DNA of 63,979 bases, the filler included, from Trichomonas gallinae (lineage: Eukaryota): NCBI GenBank assembly GCA_008369845.1. It is 8 parts of 8 records of this genome, joined end to end, with 100 filler letters (N's around TTAATTAATTAA, not from the genome) between each part and the next. Parts side by side here need not be neighbours in the genome. Positions count along the whole stretch, not along the records: positions 45,217 to 52,143 come from MRSU01000525.1; positions 52,244 to 59,509 come from MRSU01000529.1; 6 more parts are not named here. The stretch is one strand, 5' to 3'. Shown piece after piece: positions 45,217 to 55,058 of this stretch; the first letter of the stretch is position 1, and each line of letters begins with the position of its first letter. Made by a program: the position numbers and the translations under genes. The notes under the pieces are model-generated. The model ran no database searches and was not told the origin of the DNA. It was given only the letters and a program-made list of their open reading frames with translations.

Positions 45217-47727
45217 GCATTCAAGAACTATTCAGATATTGCCATGCAGCTCTCTGCTCTCATTCAATTGCAGAACAACGAGTCAATCATCATGGCTGAG
45301 TTCAGAGAATACGGCCGCGGCACAGAGCAGTTCGACAAGGTCCGCCAGACAATCTTCACAGCCACAATCCCATATGTAACATACAACGATGGTGTCGCTA
45401 CAACTGCCAAAGCTTCCCTCCAGTCTGTTCTCTCTGATTTCTCTATCCAGGCCGCTTCAGTTGCTGCTTTGAACTCATCAACTGTTACAGATGCTGTCCT
45501 CAAAGCTGCTACATTCAAGGATCCATATGTCAACTGTCTCAATGTCACAGATATCATCACAGAATCAATCGAGCACATTGTCTCATACATGTATGATGAC
45601 ATCAACAACAAGAACAAGATCTTCATGTACTGCATCTACGCCGTTGCTGCTCTCTTGCTTATTGTCTTCATCGGCATCATCCTCATCTCATGGTCCAGAC
45701 TCAGCAACGATAAGAAGGCCATCTACAGAACACTCATGAGCCTTCCAAAGAACGTCGTTTCTTCCATCAATGAAAACCTCAGACAGCTTCAGAAGAACAC
45801 AGATCTTGGTGGCACAAAGACACAGCAGTCAGAAGGTGAACGCAACAAGCAGGAAGAAAACTTGCTCAAGATCTTTGTCACAGCTTCTGACTCCTCTGGT
45901 ACAGTTGGCGATTTCGCTCAGCTTGCCATCGCATTTGTCTTCATCATGATCTGCTCTGTTGCATACACAACAATCCTCTTCATGCTTTATGAGCACATCG
46001 GCACACTCATCAAGGAGAACGCTCCACAAGCCAACAACATGTTCGGCACAGCTTCATATATCTCACTCCTTGCTCTCACAACAAACTCTGTCATTGCTCG
46101 CGCAAATGGTGTTGAACTTAAGAATGGTGAAACTGTTGCTATCCTCGCATCTCGCTCCAACGTATTGCTTCAGCAGATGTATGACTACTACAACAAGATT
46201 AGATTCGGCGATGGTGAATCACTTCCATTCCCACACTTCGAATCCCTTGCAACAGCCGCTATCGAGAATGCTGGCTGCAACATCACAAAGCCACCAGCTG
46301 ACTTGAGCGAGGTTCTTGCATGCTACTCACCAGATATCATCGTCAGATATCTCTCTCCACTTATGCACAGAATCATCGACCCAATCAACGCAACGAATAG
46401 CCAAATTAACTACTCAGACAGACAGGGTGTCTTCTGGCACCTCGCTGCTTACAGACTCTTCGATGACTTCTTCTACCCAGGTGCTCAGCAGATCGTCCCA
46501 TCACTCGATGAAGATATCAACAGCGAGATCACATTCTCAGCTATCTTGACATTAATCTTCATCATTCTCATCTTGATCACAATCGGCATCATCATCTATA
46601 AGCTTCACATGATTGACAAGAAGCTCAGGTTCACACTCGGCCTTCTTCTCTCCTGCAACCCATCAACAGTTATGCAGAATTCACAGATCGTTTCTATTCT
46701 CACAGGCAACTTCTCTAAGACATCAACAGACTCTGCTACACGTGATGCTCAGTTCTACAAGCTCCTCGTCCAGGATATGCAGGACTCCGTCATTGTTACA
46801 AACCAGCAGTTCGAAATTGTCTCATGGAACAAGGCATCCGCTGCTATCTTCGATGTTCCACTTGACAATGCCAACTTCCAGCAGCTCCTCCAGTCCCAGG
46901 AAATCTCAGGAGACGTCTCCGCTTTATTCGACGCTACATCGAAGAGCGGCAAGACAGAGCTCAAGTACAACCACAAGGGCGACACAAAGGTCCTCAACAT
47001 CCAGGCCAACTCTTTCGGCAACAACGTCGTCTTCACAACACAGAACGTTACACAGAATTTCATGTACAACAAGCTTATCGCTGAAGAGCGTGCCAAGTCA
47101 GACACACTCCTCGCATCCATCCTTCCAGCTTCGCTCGTCCCACGTGTGCAGCGCGGTGAAAAGAACATCTCATTCGCTGTCCCATCTGCCTCAGTCGTTT
47201 TCATTGATATCGTCGAGTTCACACCATGGTGCGGCTCCAACGACGCTAAGACAGTCATGGGTACACTCAACATCATCTTCCAGTACTTCGATGCCATCGT
47301 AAACTCTCAGCAGGTCATGCAGAGAATGAAGTGCATCGGTGACTGCTACATGGCAGCGGGTGGTATCTTCGCGGAAGTTTCCAACGCTGTACAGAACGCT
47401 AAGGAGGCAGTCGACTTCGGTCTCCAGGCCCTCGACGCTATCGAGAGGGTCAACAAGGAGCAAAACCAGAAGCTCAGAATCAGAGTCGGTGTCAACGTCG
47501 GTGGCCCACTCGTCGCTGGTGTTCTTGGTACGGAGAAGCCGACATTCGAAATTTTCGGCCCGGTCATCGTTATGGCTCAGCAGATGGAGCACAACGGTGT
47601 CCCAATGAAAGTCCACATCTCAAGAGCTGTTTACGAGCTCATCTACGGTGGTCAATATAAGATCGAGGAGAGAGGTGAAATCCAGATCAAGCAGGGCAAG
47701 GTTGTTACTTACCTCGTTTCTCGTTAA
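45217..47727 (+). CDS. TM adenylate-cyclase-family protein, 5' partial
   Basis: Frame is open from the gap edge. TM helices, PAS-like segment, FIDIVEFT, MKCIGDCYMAAGG, FEIFGPVIVMAQQME. Confidence 0.92.
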   Translation, partial: AFKNYSDIAMQLSALIQLQNNESIIMAEFREYGRGTEQFDKVRQTIFTATIPYVTYNDGVATTAKASLQSVLSDFSIQAASVAALNSSTVTDAVLKAATFKDPYVNCLNVTDIITESIEHIVSYMYDDINNKNKIFMYCIYAVAALLLIVFIGIILISWSRLSNDKKAIYRTLMSLPKNVVSSINENLRQLQKNTDLGGTKTQQSEGERNKQEENLLKIFVTASDSSGTVGDFAQLAIAFVFIMICSVAYTTILFMLYEHIGTLIKENAPQANNMFGTASYISLLALTTNSVIARANGVELKNGETVAILASRSNVLLQQMYDYYNKIRFGDGESLPFPHFESLATAAIENAGCNITKPPADLSEVLACYSPDIIVRYLSPLMHRIIDPINATNSQINYSDRQGVFWHLAAYRLFDDFFYPGAQQIVPSLDEDINSEITFSAILTLIFIILILITIGIIIYKLHMIDKKLRFTLGLLLSCNPSTVMQNSQIVSILTGNFSKTSTDSATRDAQFYKLLVQDMQDSVIVTNQQFEIVSWNKASAAIFDVPLDNANFQQLLQSQEISGDVSALFDATSKSGKTELKYNHKGDTKVLNIQANSFGNNVVFTTQNVTQNFMYNKLIAEERAKSDTLLASILPASLVPRVQRGEKNISFAVPSASVVFIDIVEFTPWCGSNDAKTVMGTLNIIFQYFDAIVNSQQVMQRMKCIGDCYMAAGGIFAEVSNAVQNAKEAVDFGLQALDAIERVNKEQNQKLRIRVGVNVGGPLVAGVLGTEKPTFEIFGPVIVMAQQMEHNGVPMKVHISRAVYELIYGGQYKIEERGEIQIKQGKVVTYLVSR

Positions 47728-48124
47728 GTTTGCTATTTTATTTAATCATAAACATGTCAATCGCTTTTTTTGAATAAATTATTTTTATATTGTTATATAT
47801 TTTCTTTCTTTCATTATAATGAATCTTGTATTAAAGAGATAAACATTGACAATATCTTTATTTTAAAATCATGGATTTGCTTTTATATCAAACTAAGCAT
47901 GATTTCATTCAAGACTCAGCAATGCTTTTTTACAAATCCCCTTATTTACAATTACAGCCCCTTAAATTTGATCAAAAAAGCATCAAACTAAAAATCATTC
48001 AAAAAGTCGATATCTGAAGCATGATGAATAGCATCAACACAGTGGGTTAAGAGCATAGTTATTTACTTGATATATTTCACATGATAAGAAGTTTTTGAAT
48101 ATAGTCTTTGATGATGAAAATTGC

Positions 48125-49429
48125 ATGAAAATGATTAAATGGAATTTTGGCACTTTTCAAGGTTTTATGAAGAAATGCGAGAATATTAATGCAGCGATTA
48201 CATTAGTTTCTGTTGCATTCTTCATATTTTCTTCATTTGGGAACAAAATACTGCGTTTTCAAGGCCAATTATTCAATTTTGAAAATATATTTGATTCGAA
48301 ATATTATAACGAGTTAGATTTAAGTTACTTCGATGAACGAATGATTCTTAATTTTTCATCAAATGCAGAATTTAAAGATCAGTTACGCTATAATATAAAT
48401 TATTCGCAAAGTGTTGCTTTCTTTGCAAAATCTCTTGTTCAGCAAACAGACTCAGTCATTCATCTATTTCATGCATGTGCTTCATCGAATGGAAATATAC
48501 TCGCAGAAGGTCATGTTGTCGCTTTCTGGCCAAATCAAAAAATTGTTTTTAGCAAGAAAATTAAAATTTCGATGCATGTGGATCGATTAGTTTGTTTCAA
48601 TATTCCTTGTTCGACGATATTCGGCCATTTTGTTTACGATTTTCTCGCTGCAGCTGTATTAATGCCGAAAAATTACTTTAAAAATGCGAAAATTTTGTTA
48701 GCATTTCGCAGAGATGTGTGTTTTGACTATATGAAACATCTTGGCTTCGATAATAATCAGTTAATCTTCGTTGATGACTCTTATGTTCTTAGTAATGAAA
48801 TGTTTTATATGAGAAACTCAGTGTTGTTTTTAGGGAGAATAATCTACACAGTTAAGACATTGTCAGATAAGCTTCGACATAGCTTGAAACTCGAAAATAT
48901 CAAATTAACTAATATTAATTTTTTGAGTAGAGCGAAATTGTGCAGATTGCTTAGAAACGTAGATTTAATCATTAGAAAAGGACAAGCATTGTATCCAAAA
49001 TTAAATTGGGTTGAATTAAATCCGTTTGAAACAAATATTAAATCTGTATCAAAGCAAATTGCTTCATCAATTATATTAGTTTCATCTCCTGGATCAGGGA
49101 CAACTAATTTGATATTTATGAAGCCAAAAACAGGATTATTAATTCCTTCAACTATTGTTAACGAGTGGACAGTCACAGCAACTTGTTATTTGAATATTTT
49201 CATGATTGTCTACAAACAGGTCGAAGGAAACTACTTGGTGAGTGAAATTCCTATAGATGAAGAATCGTTCTTCTTCCATTTTAATAATTTATATCATGCA
49301 GTTAAACATGGAAGCTATGAAAATAAAAGAGGATATCTACCATTTGCCAATCTAACAGATATTAGAGAAAGACTCAGTTATTCGCAATACCCAAATCAAG
49401 AACAAATGAATGCGATTTATCCACTATAA
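48125..49429 (+). CDS. GT61/DUF563-like glycosyltransferase
   Basis: N-terminal TM, FGHFVYDFL, SSPGSGTTNLIFMKPKT. First ATG at 48125. Confidence 0.7.
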   Translation: MKMIKWNFGTFQGFMKKCENINAAITLVSVAFFIFSSFGNKILRFQGQLFNFENIFDSKYYNELDLSYFDERMILNFSSNAEFKDQLRYNINYSQSVAFFAKSLVQQTDSVIHLFHACASSNGNILAEGHVVAFWPNQKIVFSKKIKISMHVDRLVCFNIPCSTIFGHFVYDFLAAAVLMPKNYFKNAKILLAFRRDVCFDYMKHLGFDNNQLIFVDDSYVLSNEMFYMRNSVLFLGRIIYTVKTLSDKLRHSLKLENIKLTNINFLSRAKLCRLLRNVDLIIRKGQALYPKLNWVELNPFETNIKSVSKQIASSIILVSSPGSGTTNLIFMKPKTGLLIPSTIVNEWTVTATCYLNIFMIVYKQVEGNYLVSEIPIDEESFFFHFNNLYHAVKHGSYENKRGYLPFANLTDIRERLSYSQYPNQEQMNAIYPL

Positions 49430-49486
49430 TTTTGTTAATCGACATAATATTAAAGTGTTTGTATTTATGTTTTATGATATTCTAGC

Positions 49487-49793
49487 AATACAGCTTTGAT
49501 TTATGCTTCAAAAATAGGTTTTAATACAGATGTCAAATATCGCTCTCGATTTGTTGAGAGCTTCATATTATGGACATCATAAAACCGTCAAATTCTTTCT
49601 CACAGCTCTAAGATGTCAAAGCAAAAAAAAAAAAGTACGATACAGCTTTGGTTGAGGCTTCAGATAAAGGCTATTTATGAAGTTGTCAAAACGATTCTTA
49701 CTGTTCTTTAAGAAGATGCCAATCAAAAAGACAAAGACAACAGCCTTGATGAGGACTATAGCATACAATCCTACTGAAGCTGTCAAAATCCTA
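49487..49793 (+). pseudogene. Degenerate ankyrin-repeat remnant
   Basis: Fragments NTALIYASKIG, DTALVEASDKGY, EVVK, DANQKDKD, TEAVKIL across different frames with stops. Confidence 0.65.
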
Positions 49794-50280
49794 GATTGAT
49801 TTATGAATGTTTAAAGGACAAACAACCATGTGACAGGGAATGAAATATCGAATAGCAGTTTTTTTCCCAATCACATGAAATAATTTGGATTTTCTCATTT
49901 TAAACGCATACAAAGAAACATCACTGTGGGCTCATTATAAAAATCAAGTCTTTAAGAGCCTGGACATGTTGCAATTTGATAAATAATTTGATCAGGATGA
50001 CGATTACTTTCTCCACAAATTTTCGCAAACTTTGAATCTGAAATATAATCTCTATAAACAGAATTAAATTTTCCAACGAAAATCGGGATTCTTTCACGCC
50101 CGTAGATTTGGAAATGCATTTTCAATTGAAAATTATCGATCACATAATTAAGGTTATTGCAATTGAGTCTTATTTTTATCACTTTTAAATCCAATTTTGC
50201 CTAATTCATTAATATTTAAGGTTATAATCAAATCAGATAATTTTCACTTTTTTTTTTCATTTATCGTCGCGCTGATATAT

Positions 50281-51588
50281 ATGGTGGAATATCATATTAA
50301 CGCGCTTCCAGAAGATAAGTTTGATAATAAAGTCGTTGTGTTTTTCATGCCTGTTATCCCCACGCCGGAGAATATCAATGAATTTCGCACAAAATTCCAT
50401 GAAATTTTCCAAAATATTTCGAAATTATCAGAAGAATATGTATTGATATCCCTACAAAAGCATGTGCTAGAAAAACCACAAATTACTAAAATGTCTACAA
50501 GATATGATAAACCAATTCAAGATTTCTTACTTGGAAAACTTGCAAAACTGCAACTCAAGCTGAACCAGTTCAGATCTAGCTTTTACGAAGCAAAAGCGAG
50601 GATTTTGAATGATGTTAGCGTATATATTATGGATTGCTACGAAACAGAAGGCTATATGAACTTCGATCTCGAAGGATATAAGAAGTATGTAGTAAAGGAA
50701 TACATGGCTCATCCAGTTGTTCAAAAAACGTTTTATCGATCAAAGTGCATACAAAGTTATTTGCACAGACTTGATCTAGAGATAGAAGAGAGACTCAATC
50801 TCAAGCTTATGAAATCAATTCTTGCATTTGCAACACAAAATATAGATCAAACACTCGAATTTTCTCCATATAACAGTTTTGATTATGCATTTTCAGATTT
50901 TACGTTTTCATCAAAGACTATACAACGATTCGACATCTGCGTTAAGAACGTTATTAAGACATTAACGAAAAGAAGAATTAATATGAGAGAATTAGACCAA
51001 GTTAATAAATCATTTAACTTGCTTATCAATCCACAGAATTCCAATGAGAGATTAGTCATGCATTCAGCGATCGTACGCGTAATGTTCGATGAAATTAGTT
51101 TAGTGAAAAATTTCTTTTTGTTTTCTGATGAAAATTCAGAGACATTCGTACAGAAATGCTCTATATTACGCAAAATGAATCCAAAACAACTCAAAATAGC
51201 TGATAATCTTATGAAACCTGAGATGATGGAGCAGCCTTTTGAAGAAATAGTGCAAGCATCACCAGATCTTATAGAAGCAACAAGGATAATCAATTGTCTG
51301 CACTTTTTAACGAATCCTTATGATATTGTTTATCAAACATTCAAAGCAGTTCGTTTAATCGACCAATTCGTTAAAATCAACATGGGTGGAAAGAGTAATA
51401 CAAACATGTCTTTTGATGACGTGTTTTCGTTATTCTGTCCAGTAATGTCGATCGATCCTCCTAAAAATGCAGTTGCACTTTCACGATTCCTTTTAGGTGT
51501 TGAAGGGCTACAGTTTTCTCAACCTCTTGACTTCGCAAAGCTTGTTTTGTCGTCATCTGTTGATTATATTGCAAATAAGTCATTTTAA
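50281..51588 (+). CDS. Hypothetical protein with VPS9-like C-terminal domain
   Basis: TNPYDIVY...MSFDDVFSLF resembles the VPS9 xADD motif region. First ATG at 50281, TCACTT/TCATTT upstream. Confidence 0.6.
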   Translation: MVEYHINALPEDKFDNKVVVFFMPVIPTPENINEFRTKFHEIFQNISKLSEEYVLISLQKHVLEKPQITKMSTRYDKPIQDFLLGKLAKLQLKLNQFRSSFYEAKARILNDVSVYIMDCYETEGYMNFDLEGYKKYVVKEYMAHPVVQKTFYRSKCIQSYLHRLDLEIEERLNLKLMKSILAFATQNIDQTLEFSPYNSFDYAFSDFTFSSKTIQRFDICVKNVIKTLTKRRINMRELDQVNKSFNLLINPQNSNERLVMHSAIVRVMFDEISLVKNFFLFSDENSETFVQKCSILRKMNPKQLKIADNLMKPEMMEQPFEEIVQASPDLIEATRIINCLHFLTNPYDIVYQTFKAVRLIDQFVKINMGGKSNTNMSFDDVFSLFCPVMSIDPPKNAVALSRFLLGVEGLQFSQPLDFAKLVLSSSVDYIANKSF

Positions 51589-51834
51589 TTAAATGTTTTT
51601 GTTAGATATTTATTATATGCAATCATTTTGATCTATTTATTTATATTATAGCTCATTTAATTGTGCATTTTCAAATTTTGACAAATGATAAGAATTAATA
51701 CATTAAATCAATTATAATTAATAAATTGATCAGCAATATGTCATGTTTATTAATGTATTTATGTCTAAATCAATAAAAAAATTGATTTGAAATTCAAATA
51801 GATTATATTAGTAGTTCATATATTGTATATGTTG

Positions 51835-52051
51835 TCTAATCTAATCATATGTTTGTTATTATTCGATATTTTACCAATTGACAAAGTATTTTTGATATTT
51901 TTCAATTTAGATCTAAATTGACACCAATAAATAATATTCTATTGTCTATTGTATCTAATCTGATCATATACTTGTTATTTGTTTGATGTTCTAACAATTT
52001 ATCATAATATTTTTGATATTTTTCAATTGAGATCTAAATTGATGCCAATAA
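51835..52051 (+). repeat. Imperfect tandem duplication, about 120-bp period
   Basis: TCTAATCT(A/G)ATCATAT...TTTTTGATATTTTTCAATT..GATCTAAATTGA..CCAATAA occurs from 51835 and again from 51954. Confidence 0.8.
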
Positions 52052-52064
52052 TTGCTAGTCTATT

Positions 52065-52143
52065 TAGGGATCTCGTTTGGCGCTAAAAGTGACGCTTTTG
52101 GCGCAAGGATTTTTCTTGTTTGGCGCAGAGAAAAGTGACATTT
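52065..52143 (+). mobile_element. Possible hAT-like end or promoter with TTTGGCGC repeats
   Basis: TAGGGAT start, TTTGGCGC at 52076, 52097 and 52119, abuts the gap. Confidence 0.35.
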
Positions 52144-52243
52144 NNNNNNNNNNNNNNNNNNNNNNNNNNNNNNNNNNNNNNNNNNNNTTAATTAATTAAN
52201 NNNNNNNNNNNNNNNNNNNNNNNNNNNNNNNNNNNNNNNNNNN
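52144..52243. other. Artificial contig linker
   Basis: N44-TTAATTAATTAA-N44. Confidence 0.98.
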
Positions 52244-52313
52244 CGGTCACCGGGAATCGAACCCGGATCAAAAGAACGACAATCTTACATGATAACCATT
52301 ACACTATGACCGA
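52244..52313 (-). tRNA. tRNA-Asp(GTC), last 2 nt cut off by the gap
   Basis: Cloverleaf TCGGTCA-TA-GTGTAATGGTTATCAT-G-TAAGA-TTGTCGT-TCTTT-TGAT-CCGGG-TTCGATT-CCCGG-TGACCG. Confidence 0.9.
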
Positions 52314-52400
52314 TTTACATTAAGTTAATTTATTTATATTTTATCAACCTAATTAATAATTTTTGACAAATATGAAATTTATGTCACTTTTTCTCATTTC

Positions 52401-53063
52401 ATGTATTCATTGTTGTTTTATTATTTATCAAATTCTGAATACAATGGAGTGTTCAAAAAAGTATATAATGACAATATTATTGTTCTAGATGCTAGTGGAT
52501 CTTCGCATCAAGATATTAACGGATCTCGTCAACTCACAAAACCTGAATATGCTGTTTATCCATTTGATAAAGATTACGACTGGTGCTCTAATTGTGGAAA
52601 ATCTTATGAAGAACATCCTTGGATTTCATTTTCGTTGAAAAATAAGAAATTTAGATTTAATGGATATTTTGTAAGATGTGGCTGCTGCTATATCGGATGT
52701 TGCTGTGAAGATATAGGATACTGCGTTGATTGTTGTCTATATAGTTGGTCTTTGCAAATCTCGGACGATAATTTTACTTGGACCGAAGTTCACAGAGTCG
52801 AAAAGGACAATGAAATGCGTAGATGCAATGAAAAATCATATAAGCTGGATAAAGAATATACAGCTCGTTTCATCAGAATTATTCAGAATGATCCATGTCC
52901 AGGAAGACCTCCATGCATTGCTATTAACAAGATAGACTTCTTTGGAGACACAATAACTGATGAAGGCTATGAAAACGAAGATTATTTAATCAACAGAGAT
53001 GATGATGAAGACGTAAGTATTATAGGCCATATCTCAAAGAATGGTAATGTTTTTGTTAAATGA
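52401..53063 (+). CDS. F5/8 type C (discoidin)-like protein with Cys cluster
   Basis: Short hydrophobic leader, PWISFSL, SWSLQISDDNFTWTEVH, ARFIRIIQ, IDFFG. GTCACTTTT and TCATTT upstream. Confidence 0.75.
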   Translation: MYSLLFYYLSNSEYNGVFKKVYNDNIIVLDASGSSHQDINGSRQLTKPEYAVYPFDKDYDWCSNCGKSYEEHPWISFSLKNKKFRFNGYFVRCGCCYIGCCCEDIGYCVDCCLYSWSLQISDDNFTWTEVHRVEKDNEMRRCNEKSYKLDKEYTARFIRIIQNDPCPGRPPCIAINKIDFFGDTITDEGYENEDYLINRDDDEDVSIIGHISKNGNVFVK

Positions 53064-53418
53064 AGATAAATTCAAAATTCATATTTGTAACTATTTGAAT
53101 GTTTTTTAATGAATAATACAATAAATTGCATAGAAGCAAGCTAGATTAGCCTAAAAATACTCTTTTATATTCAATAATACATTGTTTTTTACTAGTTTCC
53201 GTTTTGTAATATAAATATTGTTAAAGATTTACAAATAACAACATTTTAAATGCTTGAGACTTTAAATATAGCATATGTATCTAATAACATGGGAGATAGT
53301 TCTAATAATATAAGTTATTCTCAATAGGATTTGTTTGTAAAATTTGTTGCATGACAAAATTAAAAATTACGTGTCAAAGTTTTTACAATTTCTGAAATCG
53401 TGTCAAAAATATCTTTCC

Positions 53419-54642
53419 ATGCTGTACCGAACTCGACTTAAACGCTATGAAGTTTGGAAATATCATGGATTGTTTTTATGGATTGTATTCAGTCTTAATA
53501 TATTATCAGAATATAAAACAAATTCAAATTTAATTAATTTCGATTTCTATCCACAAGTAGATTTCTTTAATATAAGTTTTATTCATTTACAGATAGCTAA
53601 ATCACCAAAAAATTCGATAAATCACTATTACGAAGCAAATTACCATGAAATTGAAAAATATTTATGCGATGATGGAAAAATTCCGCACATGAATGGCGTT
53701 TTCTTCATACCATCCGCGTTAAATCATACAAATGCAACATATATCGATATAGAATACGTTTATGCCTGTCCTTATGGAGGATGCGCAAATTTAGACGGAA
53801 GAATCTTTTATCCTGATAAATCCAACAGCATTCCTCGCTTTGGGGAAAGCGGAAAAGTCATAAAATACCTAGAAAACGCTGTGTCACTTGGCAGCAAGTG
53901 GTCTATAATGTACGGACACTGGGTTTGCGATGTTCTCGCTCCAATAATGTTCATGCCCGAAGAAGTAATTAATAAATCAGTGTTCCTGCTCCCTGTGAAT
54001 AGCACAATATATTCTGAAGCTATTTCTCTTTTAGGCTTCAATGAAATTTTGTTCCTCAAAAGTGACCAATGGGTTTTCGCTCGTCATTTCCACTCAGTAT
54101 ATAACCCAGAGCCTGTGCATGGATGTATTCATTATGGACTCAAAGCTCTATCGAACAAAATAAAAGGAAAGCTCAACACATCAAATGTTATACCTACAGA
54201 GTTTGGTTTATACAACCGTCCGATGGGAAACCGACATTTTTTCAACTTTGAAGAGTTTATTGAAATTTGCCATCTTAGATTTCCAGATATTAGATTTTAT
54301 ATATTAGAGACGCTCTATCCGACCTTTAGAGAGTCTGTCTTCGCTTATGCGAGTTGTAAGATGTATTTTGGGCCAACTGGATCGAATTTTGCAAACTTAG
54401 TTTGGATGTCAAGTAAAACTGTTTGCGTTGTTGGAATGGGAAGCATGCATGATGATCCAGTCATTGCGAACGCACTAGTAATGAACATATGGATGGTTAC
54501 TTTTCTTGTTCCAGGTATGTACCACCATGGTTCATTTACAGGAACAATAGATTTTCCACTAGCAATCAAAGCAATGATTAAAGGCTTCTTCGTACTCGAA
54601 AACCAGCGCTGGCCAAACTCCCACGAAGTCCTTGAATTTTAA
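53419..54642 (+). CDS. GT61/DUF563-like glycosyltransferase
   Basis: N-terminal TM, YGHWVCDVL, NR...R, FGPTGSNFANLVWMS. First ATG at 53419. Confidence 0.75.
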   Translation: MLYRTRLKRYEVWKYHGLFLWIVFSLNILSEYKTNSNLINFDFYPQVDFFNISFIHLQIAKSPKNSINHYYEANYHEIEKYLCDDGKIPHMNGVFFIPSALNHTNATYIDIEYVYACPYGGCANLDGRIFYPDKSNSIPRFGESGKVIKYLENAVSLGSKWSIMYGHWVCDVLAPIMFMPEEVINKSVFLLPVNSTIYSEAISLLGFNEILFLKSDQWVFARHFHSVYNPEPVHGCIHYGLKALSNKIKGKLNTSNVIPTEFGLYNRPMGNRHFFNFEEFIEICHLRFPDIRFYILETLYPTFRESVFAYASCKMYFGPTGSNFANLVWMSSKTVCVVGMGSMHDDPVIANALVMNIWMVTFLVPGMYHHGSFTGTIDFPLAIKAMIKGFFVLENQRWPNSHEVLEF

Positions 54643-54740
54643 TTGTTTGTATGATAAATAAATTGTTTATATTCTTTTTAAAAAATAGAGAAAGTGCAGA
54701 ATTATAAGCAAAAAACAAGATAAAACATTATTAATGTGAA

Positions 54741-54812
54741 TCGGTCATAGTGTAATGGTTATCATGTAAAATTGTCGTTCTTTTGATCCGGGTTCGATTC
54801 CCGGTGACCGAG
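54741..54812 (+). tRNA. tRNA-Asp(GTC) with anticodon-stem mismatch
   Basis: Full cloverleaf, discriminator G, T6 Pol III terminator at 54814-54819. One substitution (TAAAA vs TAAGA) relative to the 52244 copy. Confidence 0.88.
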
Positions 54813-55058
54813 CTTTTTTCCTTTTCTATATCTCATTTTTCCAAATCAATGAATGCCAGCCAAAAGCATCAATTTTAATGAATTTTCAAAATTCACTCTG
54901 ATAATAAGAACAAATAATGAAACTATTTGTATTTTTATTTTATAATTATTTTTGACAAAATCAAAATCGATTTGGAAATATAAAAGGCATTGTTGGCGTA
55001 AAAAGTATATGATTAAAATAATAACATTTTAAAATACATAACAAAACAATAAACAAAC

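Noticed and set aside
45264..47616. Many long overlapping alternative-frame and antisense ORFs
   Set aside because: Expected by-product of strong codon bias in the cyclase gene; translations are low-complexity shadows. The same applies inside 28747-32931 and 55059-58844.
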